The notes below the pieces were generated by a model that was not told the DNA's origin, ran no database searches, and saw only the letters and a program-made list of their open reading frames with translations. From contig NC_027217.1 in NCBI RefSeq assembly GCF_000981445.1, positions 992,001-1,056,000 of the forward strand: a DNA stretch of 64,000 bases, written 5' to 3'. The translations under genes were made by a program, and so were the position numbers. This document shows positions 11,439 through 21,064 of this stretch, in pieces (the first letter of the stretch is position 1; each line of letters opens with the position of its first letter). Source of the stretch: Babesia bigemina. Taxonomy: Eukaryota.

Positions 11439-13601
11439 ATGCGGGTACGAAACTTCAACATATACCTGCGGGAGCAGAGGCTGCTGCGACAGGGAGACCT
11501 CAGCGTGCTGCGTGGGATGCGTGTTGGAATTGACGCGGTGTACTTCTTTCGCTCACTCAAGGGGATATGCGACCCGCTAAGCGAAGTAGGCGGCAGCCTT
11601 CCGCCTACATTCGTCAGCGTCGTTGAGGAGAATGTGGAGCATCTGGAACGCCTCGGCATACAGCCTCTCTTCGTTTTCGAGGGTATGCAGTCCAAATCGC
11701 ACGTTCTGCTGTCTGCGCAGCTCATGACACTCAGCGTGGCGGAAGGCTGGCTGGCATACGCCCGCGGCGACATACAGAACGCGATAGGGAAGTTTTTGCA
11801 GAACAGCCTGATTTTCAGCGAAGACATGATCCAGCTGTTGATTCACCTTCTGCGATCCAAGGGCAAGGACACTATCCGCTGCCCCTACTTCTCCGCCGCT
11901 CAGCTGAGCTACTTCTGTGCGGAGAACGTGGTGGACGCCGTCCTAGGTCCACCTTCGCTGATGCTCTTTGGTATCCCCAGGTGCATCATCTCCGTGGATT
12001 TCCCGAAGGACTCATTCGAGTGGGTGGAGCTCAAGGAGGTCCTGGCGCGCTTGGACATCACCGCACCGCAGTTGGTGGACGTATGTCTGCTCGCGGGCAC
12101 TGAGCATTGCCTTAGCTTCCCGTCCCAGAACGCGTTTTCCTTCGGGAACTGCGTCGAAATGATCAAGCAGGGACCCATAGCGAAGCATCTGTGCCAGCTG
12201 CCCCAGCGCGACGGCATAACCGAATATGTGGATGGATACTGCGTCACAAAGGCGCTCATCACGTACCCGCTCATATTGGATAAAAAGGGATCCGTGCGTC
12301 CGCTGCAAAAGGGCGCCAAGGTCCCCATGGACTACCACAAGCTGGTAGGCACCAGGATCCCCCAGGCCATATACCACCTGTTGGGCCAGGGGTTGATTGG
12401 CCCCAAAATACCGTTTGCGCTGGCCACTGGCGAATGGGTGGACGACTTTTGCCTCAATGACTCAATCGAGCTAAGGGAGCTCATCCAGGACAGTCGGGAA
12501 TACAAGTGCAGGGCACTTGGGCTCGCAGTGTTCAAGCTTGACGCCGCATACCAGGCGCGTCAGATCAGGTTCCAGGGCCACGTTGCTTTCATCAAGGGGC
12601 ACCCGCCCATTAAGCAGAACTCCATAGCTGTCATACCGAACACCTGCAGCACTCGCATGCTATCGCAGCAGGCCATGGGCGACTTCTGCGCCGAGATGGC
12701 TCGACAGAACAGGGACAAGGTTGACGTGGAGTTTATGCTCACGTGGCACCTGAGACTCTCCTCCAAGTTGCTGAAGGAGGTCACGCCGAGCATGGCTTCG
12801 GAGGCTATCGCCAACATGATCAGCGTGCCCAGCGGAGTACAGCGGCCGTCGGATTTGGATATTTATAACGCCAACTTGTGGTGTATCATGCTAGACAATT
12901 TGGGTTACTTCTCGCGCATGGGCAGCGCTACAGCATTTGGAAAGGTGCTGGCCAACGCGGGTCTGGGATTGACTGGGTTATTGTTCATGGAGACCTTGAA
13001 GTTTGGGCTCTTTACTGGTGAGGAATTCGAGGTGCCGTCAGACGTCGTCGTCCCGCATGAAGTATTGAGCAAATATAGAGGGAGCCTGCCGCAGGACGTA
13101 TTCGAGGTGGTGAACTTGGTTTCTCGTGTGGCCTGCCTCCATCCTGCCACAGTGGACAACGGCCACTGGCGAGGGGAGATCGACTACATGATATCGAGCT
13201 ACATCTGCAACCTCAAAGTGCTGCGCCGCAGCATCAATTACCTGATAGAGGGCTCTGTGATTTTGATGGGCGGTATGGTAAGTGGCGGCGAGGCGCCGTA
13301 CTTGTACGAGAGTAACTGTTTCATGGCAAATTTTGTAAAATGGCTGCTTACATATGACCAAGAGCATCACGACGGCGGGTCGAATATAGTTGCGGCCGCG
13401 AAGAGCAAGTTCCCCAGCATCGTCGACGTGCAGAAGAACCTCCAGGAGTTCGCTGACTTCTGGGCCAAGATATCGGCGGTAGTGCACGAGTTGCAGAAGT
13501 ACGTGCACATTGAGGCGCTGGGCACGTTCGACCGTGGCACTAAGATGCTGCAGGCTGCATTTGTGCACTTCGGCGTGTCTGTGGCCCTCCACACACCTTA
13601 A
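11439..13601 (+). CDS. MKT1: MKT1-like protein (inactive XPG/FEN1 PIN fold plus MKT1 domains)
   Basis: N-terminus LRGMRVGIDAVYFFRSL, GIQPLFVFEGM, CPYFSAAQLSY (lacks the FEN1 EAEAQ acids), DAVLGPPSLMLFG and VCLLAGTE; single 720-aa ORF. Confidence 0.8.
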   Translation: MRVRNFNIYLREQRLLRQGDLSVLRGMRVGIDAVYFFRSLKGICDPLSEVGGSLPPTFVSVVEENVEHLERLGIQPLFVFEGMQSKSHVLLSAQLMTLSVAEGWLAYARGDIQNAIGKFLQNSLIFSEDMIQLLIHLLRSKGKDTIRCPYFSAAQLSYFCAENVVDAVLGPPSLMLFGIPRCIISVDFPKDSFEWVELKEVLARLDITAPQLVDVCLLAGTEHCLSFPSQNAFSFGNCVEMIKQGPIAKHLCQLPQRDGITEYVDGYCVTKALITYPLILDKKGSVRPLQKGAKVPMDYHKLVGTRIPQAIYHLLGQGLIGPKIPFALATGEWVDDFCLNDSIELRELIQDSREYKCRALGLAVFKLDAAYQARQIRFQGHVAFIKGHPPIKQNSIAVIPNTCSTRMLSQQAMGDFCAEMARQNRDKVDVEFMLTWHLRLSSKLLKEVTPSMASEAIANMISVPSGVQRPSDLDIYNANLWCIMLDNLGYFSRMGSATAFGKVLANAGLGLTGLLFMETLKFGLFTGEEFEVPSDVVVPHEVLSKYRGSLPQDVFEVVNLVSRVACLHPATVDNGHWRGEIDYMISSYICNLKVLRRSINYLIEGSVILMGGMVSGGEAPYLYESNCFMANFVKWLLTYDQEHHDGGSNIVAAAKSKFPSIVDVQKNLQEFADFWAKISAVVHELQKYVHIEALGTFDRGTKMLQAAFVHFGVSVALHTP

Positions 13602-14509
13602 AGGATATGCACGGTTGCACTTCAGGCATTTGACTCATACGCTTCGTTGCGGTACACAAACTAATACTATAAGAAACGCGTGTTAATGTACCAAATAATG
13701 TTTGGACTGGCCACCTAGGCTGCATACGTGAAATCAGTGGTTTCCACCATATGATCTGTGTGCTTGGTTTGTCATGTCAGCGGTTGTGGCTTTCGCGGAC
13801 CAGCGCGGTGGGTGCTGCTGCATCGGCGCTGTTTGGCCGCGCGTGTACATGTTGTATTAGGCGAGGGGAAGCTCTCCATTTATACTGATCACGTTCCTGG
13901 AGTCATTCCTGGCTACAGATAAGCGTTACGCCTGTCATTGACATAATATAATGGCGGTCTACTACGAAATAAAACCTAGCACGTGTAACTGATTATTTGA
14001 CTGTTGGTTAAACATTGGACCATATAGTCACTGGACATCGTTCAACTGGCGCCAACTAGCGGACACAGCTCAGTGGAATGTTAAACCGATAGGTATCGCA
14101 GGTTGAGTCGTTTCATCGCAACGCTTTTACAATGACATGCGAGTTGGTTACAGCTAGCTACAACGGTGGTCGTGTAGCACGACGAAAACAGTCTCCAACT
14201 TCAGCGCACCGCAAATATACTCGGACGCATTCAAACTTTGAGCCTTTCGAAATAACGTGCGTTGTCTTTGTTGAGTGGTGTATGATGTCGGGATCTAACA
14301 TGCAGAAAACTGTCCATTTTACGCTTTGTATATGCTGGCACCTATATGCCACACCGATTGAAGCAGTAGGCACCAATGAGACCGCAAGACGGCCCTCTGC
14401 TCGCCCGTGCATCACTGGGCGGTTGGCACATGTAGCCTAGTCGCAAAAGCCGACCGTACACACCGCCCATTTTGCGAGCATCCTTCGTCGTCGCACCTAC
14501 TATTGAGCT

Positions 14510-14917
14510 TCAAAGCGGCAATGATGACGGTTCCTGTACATACGCTACGACGTTCTTTACGACAGGGAGGTCGAGGACAAAGCTGAAGGGTGTGACCCTA
14601 ATGTACGATATAACGTTCGGCAGGAAAGCGCCGAACAGGACGTAGAGCCCGTACGTCTCCAGAATAAAGCCAATTTTCGTCCATCCTATCAACGCCACAA
14701 ATATCCCGATGAAGTAGATTGCGCTTCCCTTGGCTCTGTATGAACTGGTGAAGAATGTGATGAATTTGCTGGTTCCTAGTATGAAGTACAACCCCGACAC
14801 CATGAAAACATTCGACACGTTGAAGAACAGTGGGTCAAACAGCAGCAGAATGCTGATGCATCCTGTGATGAAGCCCAGACAGAGCAGCGCGAAGCCGAGG
14901 CGCAGGTTGCGCTCCAT
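14510..14917 (-). CDS. GOT1: Got1/Sft2-family vesicle transport protein
   Basis: Four hydrophobic helices; LLLFD...NVFMVSGL..ILG, GW.KIGFILETYGLYVLFGAFLP and terminal SLPL. Confidence 0.9.
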   Translation of the reverse strand: MERNLRLGFALLCLGFITGCISILLLFDPLFFNVSNVFMVSGLYFILGTSKFITFFTSSYRAKGSAIYFIGIFVALIGWTKIGFILETYGLYVLFGAFLPNVISYIRVTPFSFVLDLPVVKNVVAYVQEPSSLPL

Positions 14918-15432
14918 CGATTTCCACGCCGCACACTAACCACTAACTAAAAAATCGACCCACACCTCAGCACCGAATATGGGCTCGGTGTGTCACCCAG
15001 ACGTTATAGGCTCATATCTGTGGTGAGCGGCTGGCAGCGACCCACGCATACACCCACGCGCCGCGGCAGCGCGAGACCACATTCGGAAAAGCACGCCGTT
15101 AACACATTGCATATATACACATTAATAGGTTGCTCTGCTTCGTGTGCACAGCACATCTCATTTGTCGTTGTTGGTCGCACGGCTGTCTGCTTGAATCTCC
15201 TTGCGAAGTTGCATCAGAGTCGCGAATTTCCTTCCGATACCTGTGCAGCGGGGCCACGCACCATGCCGGATACTATCCAGTCCAATGTTGTCCGTTACGA
15301 TGGAGAAGGCGTCCTCCCTTTGAGGCGAACCACCTCTGCTTGTTCGTTTAGCCGAGAGATTCATGTTGCCTGCTGTCTAGGCCGCACGTGTAAACACCGA
15401 CGCGCGATTGCGGTCTTTCACTGCGTCTGGTG

Positions 15433-16361
15433 TCACAATGCATCGTTATCACTGTAACTGTCTTCTAGGTTCAGCGTAGGACTGTCGGGGTCCGACTGCG
15501 CATCAAAAGTTATGATGAGCCCTTTGCGTTTGCTCGGGTCCAGCCTCGGGTCCCCCGCAGCTATGGGCATGAGCCTATCGAGTTTGTCGTCAATCACGTT
15601 GATTCGTTTCCAGAGGTACTGCAATTCGAGCTTGGCGCCCTTCGGGTATACCTCCGAAGCGTACTCGGGCATGGGTGCTGCGGGGAGTGCATGCTTTGCT
15701 GTACTCCACTTACGGTTGAAGAAGTTGTTGGTCACACTCGTTGACGTGTCACCCCTGTAGTTGGTGGCGCCTGCAAGGCAATGAGCTCTTGGTGTGCGTC
15801 TTGTTTCTCACGCGGAAAGACCGTCACTTACCGTGCGTCGTTTGGTGCTGGTACGACTGAGACTGATCCGTCTTGCTGTTATTGTCCGATTGCGTCGAGT
15901 TGTTCGTGTTTGTATTCGTGCTCGTCGTATTGTTGGTAGAGGTGTTATTCGTGCCCCCGCTGCCACTGTCGGCCCTCTGCGCTGCCATGAGCCGCCGGCA
16001 AAAGGCGAAAACTATCCTTCCACCGTGATGGACATACCTTTAGGTCGGCTACGGGTACGTTGTCCATTGAGCGCTCCGATCCGCCCTTTACGTCGTCCGT
16101 GTTGCCGCTGCGATGTCATGATTCCTTCGTGTGTACGTCGTACCTAGACCCGGGTGTTGTTGTCGCAGGGGCCGAGCCTGAGACTTCCGTCGCGTTGTCC
16201 GCCCCTTTGTTGGCATCCGGTCCGTACACCTTGCCCATGTGCGAGAACTGCAGGTCGCCGTCGTGCGGTGACGTAAAGGTGTCCTTGCTAAGGTGTAGCG
16301 CTGCGGCTTTGTGAGCCGATAGCAGCGCAGCAAGCGCGCCCATGAGGGCGACTCGCTTCAT
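15433..16361 (-). CDS. Hypothetical secreted protein with an Asn/Thr/Ser-rich low-complexity exon, multi-exon
   Basis: Signal peptide MKRVALMGALAALLSAHKAAA; several GT-AG introns; an exon encoding GGTNNTSTNNTTSTNTNTNNSTQSDNN; last exon is ORF 15433-15735. Confidence 0.65.
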
Positions 16362-16796
16362 TTTTTCATGTGCGTTAAAGAGTGCGTTGTTGCCGGCCCT
16401 AGCGGCGGGCTGGTGTCGTCGCCGCCTTCGTGCGGCGTGTATGCGACTCCTTTCAACAGGACGCTTTGCCGTGGTGCCGAAGGTTACTACATGTTGCCGC
16501 GTTAATTCTCGGTGTAAAAAGTGCCGATGTGTTAATCGCGTGGCGTGAGCGAAGCGGCTTGCGTCTCCGTGGCATCCCCTCGATGTCCCCGCCCCTCGGG
16601 TGCCTCGCCACCACAGTGCGTTTTCAGAGGAGCGGCAGAGCATGCCTCTTTTCAATTGCAGATTCCACCACTGGATGTGTGGAATTGGATTCACCGTGAG
16701 GTTGCATTGTCATAGAGCCTTCAGGAGTGCTGCCGCGTCAGCATTTCTACCGACGCCCTAAGCGGTCCGATCATTCCGCGTGCACACCCAGGCATA

Positions 16797-17015
16797 ATGG
16801 CGCGCTACATCGAGGCCAACGGCCACCGATGTGAGAGTGACGAAGATCCACCCAGGAGCGCCGAATCACCTGCGGAATCGCGAGACTTCAGTGATATCTC
16901 GGCTTCCCGTAATCAAACGTCCGTGATTTGCACGAAGATCAATATTCTGAAGACCAAAACACAGATGGCTTTCTCATCGCTGAAGGAACGCTTCCAAAAA
17001 AAGAAGACACATTGA
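16797..17015 (+). CDS. Short hypothetical ORF (72 aa)
   Basis: ATG-started ORF with plausible composition and no recognisable motif. Confidence 0.25.
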   Translation: MARYIEANGHRCESDEDPPRSAESPAESRDFSDISASRNQTSVICTKINILKTKTQMAFSSLKERFQKKKTH

Positions 17016-17181
17016 GCCTGTGGCACCGCTTCGCGCATCTGGCGCGCCAAACAGCTTTTTTAGGCTCCCGTAATATAATTGCCATTACACATATGTGCGT
17101 TTTTGTGAGATGTGTCACCCCCATCAAATTTTTGATCTGGCTGGGTGGGTGTTGCCTTGGTGGCACACGCCAAAAAGTACA

Positions 17182-18012
17182 ATGACGGCCCCGACACCGG
17201 GAGGTTCGGTGCTGATCGCCATTTCACCGGTGGAAGACAGCCTCGACGTTCAAATGCTGCATGAAGCCCTCGTTCCGCTGGGCGGCGCTGTTGTGACCGA
17301 TCCTGAGATAGATCTGCAGCCGTACGTTGCCGCCTTCCTGCCGCAGTAACCTCCTCAGACGTGAAGTTCTTGCCAAGATTCCAGCAGGCAGCAATCCCGC
17401 TGTGTTATCGGAATACTCCGTTCGGAAGATCGATGTGTAGGCTTAAGGTGTTAGATGTGTAACTCGATTGCGCAGCTCATGCAAGAACACGAGAGTTACG
17501 GCTACATCTGCTTCGGCAGAAGACCATGATTCAAATGCCTCAATTAGAGGTGGCGTGCACAGTAGCGTGTCGGCGGTGGAATCACCGGGTTCTGAGGGTT
17601 TGATACATGACAATGACGTCAAGGCAACTTTATCTGAGAATGGCCACATCGAAAGCCACATTGCGCCCATCGAAATGACGCATTCTCCACCAAAACTCAC
17701 TGCAGCTGATGGCCAGATGTCTTATGTCGAACCAGTCAAACCTGAGCCCGCAGCTGACGTCGCCACGAGTCCAACGACTAAAGCAGAACCATCGAACAAT
17801 GAAGGAGCCAATGTCGCCTGTGAATGGATTCCAGCAGTAGGTTGTTCTTTTCAGCTGTCTTATCCGTGCAGTTGAAACGTGAGCTGGAACGCGTCAAGCG
17901 TCTAAAGCCACTCCCCGGGGATACGACGGTTAAGCACTGTTCACCTCAAGATTTGATTTGCTTCGTTTTGTACGCAGCTTTGTTGGCAGCTCTGTATCCC
18001 TTGTTTTTCTAG
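17182..18012 (+). CDS. Hypothetical tail-anchored membrane protein, multi-exon
   Basis: Exon fragments MTAPTPGGSVLIAISP..., a Ser/Pro-rich middle (17468-17875), LKRELERVKRLK and a terminal hydrophobic helix LICFVLYAALLAALYPLFF*, separated by short GT-AG introns. Confidence 0.5.
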
Positions 18013-18465
18013 AACAACGATGGTACTAGACGCTATCTGCCGCTAGGGGTCGGGCACTGTGGTGTATGTGTACTTCCCCTAGGCCATCAGATTGTCATTT
18101 CTTCGGTCTGTCTGACCCTGTCGCACGTTCTACGCGCGAAACATAGCGCTAATGTAGTCGTGCATTTGTCTTCGTACCATGGCTTATTTGCTTATTGCGC
18201 GGTGATTCTTACTGTTGTCTTCGTGCTGGATTGCCCTCTGGATGAAGCGTCTGCGTCATGCACATCTCGGCTTATCCAGTACCCCTGTATTTTTCACCAT
18301 ATGTAGCTGGGTGTTGCGTCGTTGTTTGCCATTAGGTGACTCCGGTGGGCGGTTTCTTGGCATACCCCGTGTCGCTGGCACATCTGTGCCACTTACCTGT
18401 CATGGTGAGCTCGGCGCAACGCCAAACCGTCAACCGCGGTTTCCGTATTGGAATAGGAGTCTGAA

Positions 18466-20310
18466 ATGGTAGCTGTCTGTGGAATGTGTGACGCGAGCCC
18501 CGGCATTAGCACGCCCATCCGCAGCGCTCGCTGGGAGTCCAGACTCGGCCTTTTGGTAGCCGGGACCATAGAAGACCCTATATCCGTGCGTTCCACGGCA
18601 TCTAGGTGCGGGTGTAAGCGTATGTGCTCTAAAGGAGAATGTGAGTTGTCGGTTGGCTCCTTTGATAATGGCGGCGTTCCCACCCATGGAATGCCGCGTT
18701 CAGCTGCAGGTAACGCATCACGGAGGACGCCAACGTGCATTATGGATCGTAAGCCGTTTGAATGCTTGGGATGTGTGGACCTGTGCACGATTTCCACGGA
18801 CGAAGAGGATGTCGTACCATGCAGCACGGCGCTGGGGGCGCCAACAATGGGCGCAGTTGATGTCGGTCGCCCCACTGCCGACTCAATCGAGTGGTTCAAG
18901 CACAAGGACGCTGCCGTCAAACATTTTTTCACACCGCCTCCTTGCACCCCAGCCAAGAAACCCAAGGCATCGACTGGCATGCAATGCAGCAAAAGGCGCA
19001 ATTCCACCAGCGCCTGTGTCGCACTGCCAAATCTCACATCGGGGGGTATTGACGCCGAAACTGGCGTGCGGAATGACACACAATCATCTGATGCGAACTG
19101 TGTCGCTCCCCCAGCGAAGAAATATACGAGTGCTTCAACAATAAAGGGTACCTCTGGTGTACAACGGCCGAAGGCATATCGCCACAAGGTGCTTTTGAGG
19201 CTGCGTAAGAAGCAACCGCGCAACAACTACGATTTGGCGCTCTTCCTGCTGCTCAAGTTCGGCGGCACGGAGAGCGCCGCCGGGCGCTCGGTTCTACGAG
19301 ACGGGGCGCTTATGGAGTGTTCCGCGCTAAGTCGGTTTCGCAACGAAGACGAATTGGCTGTGTTCTACAGGAACGAGCGCACGGCTCTCATGGGCATGCT
19401 GAGCCGGCGTGTGGCCGTGAGTGCGCTGTCGCAGTCCCAGCTCAATCGTAAGCTGGCGAAGCTTCTGCCGTCAACTCGGTGGTTCAACCGCCCCAAGTTG
19501 CTGCAGAAGATCGTTGGCCAAGAACACTGGAATCCGTTCTCTATCTTCGGCAGCTCCCTGCCATATGTTAATGTGTCAGAGGTATTCGAGAACAATAGTC
19601 GCGCTGCCTCTGATAGGAAGCCGGGATGTGAAAATGCATCTGCATGCACAGGGGACCCTGACGTGCGCACAGATGTGTCCACGAGCAATGTTGCAGCGGC
19701 TTCCAACGCCGCAGCGAACCCGGCTGCAGACAGTCGGTGCGTCGGCCACATCGTGCACACGACGCCGGGCATAAACTGGTCGGGCGATCCGCTGCTACTG
19801 GATGAAGTCCTGTGGTACCTGGAGGCTACCGACAAGTATGTGGACAAGAGCCGCCAAGTTTGCGCCCTGCAGCGCTGCTTCTGCGTTACTCCCAATCCCC
19901 AAGTGGCCTTCAACTGGAACGATGCGCGTAACCTCGCGTGGAGGGAATACCGCGGCCCTCGCGCGTCCATGGGACAGATGCTTAGCCCATCCACGTTCGG
20001 GGAGAGCATGGCGGACTACGAGAAGCTGCGCAAGGAATTTGAATCGCAGTCATCGCAGCGGGATCCAGGACGCCAGCAAGACAGCACGGCAACCGACAAA
20101 TCGACCAAGATACTCAACCGTGGTACGGGCGAAGAGTTGGAATCGACCGCACCAGACGTTGGCGGCTGCTCGGCGACCGTTGAATCAAGCGACAACTCGG
20201 CATCACCGACGTTCGCGAATATGCCACGAACTCGGCAAGCGAAGATGCAACAGCTAGTGTTTTATCGCAACTACTTCAAGGCGAATCGGCTTGAAGTGGA
20301 GCGGCGATGA
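18466..20310 (+). CDS. Hypothetical protein (614 aa)
   Basis: Long single ORF with an ordered central region (YDLALFLLLKFG...WFNRP...WNPFSIFG...LLLDEVLWYL). No family recognised; start uncertain. Confidence 0.75.
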   Translation: MVAVCGMCDASPGISTPIRSARWESRLGLLVAGTIEDPISVRSTASRCGCKRMCSKGECELSVGSFDNGGVPTHGMPRSAAGNASRRTPTCIMDRKPFECLGCVDLCTISTDEEDVVPCSTALGAPTMGAVDVGRPTADSIEWFKHKDAAVKHFFTPPPCTPAKKPKASTGMQCSKRRNSTSACVALPNLTSGGIDAETGVRNDTQSSDANCVAPPAKKYTSASTIKGTSGVQRPKAYRHKVLLRLRKKQPRNNYDLALFLLLKFGGTESAAGRSVLRDGALMECSALSRFRNEDELAVFYRNERTALMGMLSRRVAVSALSQSQLNRKLAKLLPSTRWFNRPKLLQKIVGQEHWNPFSIFGSSLPYVNVSEVFENNSRAASDRKPGCENASACTGDPDVRTDVSTSNVAAASNAAANPAADSRCVGHIVHTTPGINWSGDPLLLDEVLWYLEATDKYVDKSRQVCALQRCFCVTPNPQVAFNWNDARNLAWREYRGPRASMGQMLSPSTFGESMADYEKLRKEFESQSSQRDPGRQQDSTATDKSTKILNRGTGEELESTAPDVGGCSATVESSDNSASPTFANMPRTRQAKMQQLVFYRNYFKANRLEVERR

Positions 20311-21064
20311 TGTGTTGACACCAGTGTCGCGAATTCACGAGTTGACATTCCGCGGATACTGTGCGCATCTAGCTAGCTGTGCCCGTAGGTTTCTGGTCGC
20401 ACACCGCCCCTAAAATGGATATGCGCACAACATTGTATAATGATAGCAAAATGTGTTCGTTTTTTGCGGTGTTTGGTGGTGTCGCTCTTGCCTCTGCCGG
20501 GTTGTGCGCAGCACATCCGTGATTGAGTTGGGTAGCAACGCGGAATGCGGACACGCGTGGCTGCCGCAATTTAGGTAAATAATGTTCAGGTGAACTCGGT
20601 TGCTGTTGCAATTGGTCGGGAGGGTGTAGGCTGAACTCACACTCATTACACGCGCGGTGTGGTTTCGGCATCGTCCACGGAGGATGTTGAAGGTGGATTT
20701 TCCACATTTGTTTTAATCGATACGACAACACGTCACAGTGGAACGTGTAGGATCTCGAAGACAGGCATCCAAACTATGTTGCAGCAGTTGCTGCCTGGTA
20801 GGATTTAGGGTCTGCTCGACTGGCGACGTAGCAGTCGTGTCGTTCCGCCGCGTCGACAGATGACCATGCTGGAGGGCTCAGGTTTCATCCATGTCATACT
20901 CAGCAGTGTTCGGAAGGCAGCGTAGCTCCCATGCCATTCCGTATGATGCGTCGCGGGAGCAATCAGCGGTTGTAAGGTGGAGCATGTTGCGTGTTCGCTG
21001 GTCATGCCTCATTTAGCAGCTGAAGCTCTTCGCTGTAGGTGGAAGGCTCACGTTACGCCTGCGT

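Noticed and set aside
13602..14509. Long intergenic region examined for an ncRNA or small gene
   Set aside because: No recognisable snRNA/snoRNA motif and no coherent spliced ORF; probably the UTRs of the convergent MKT1 and GOT1 genes.
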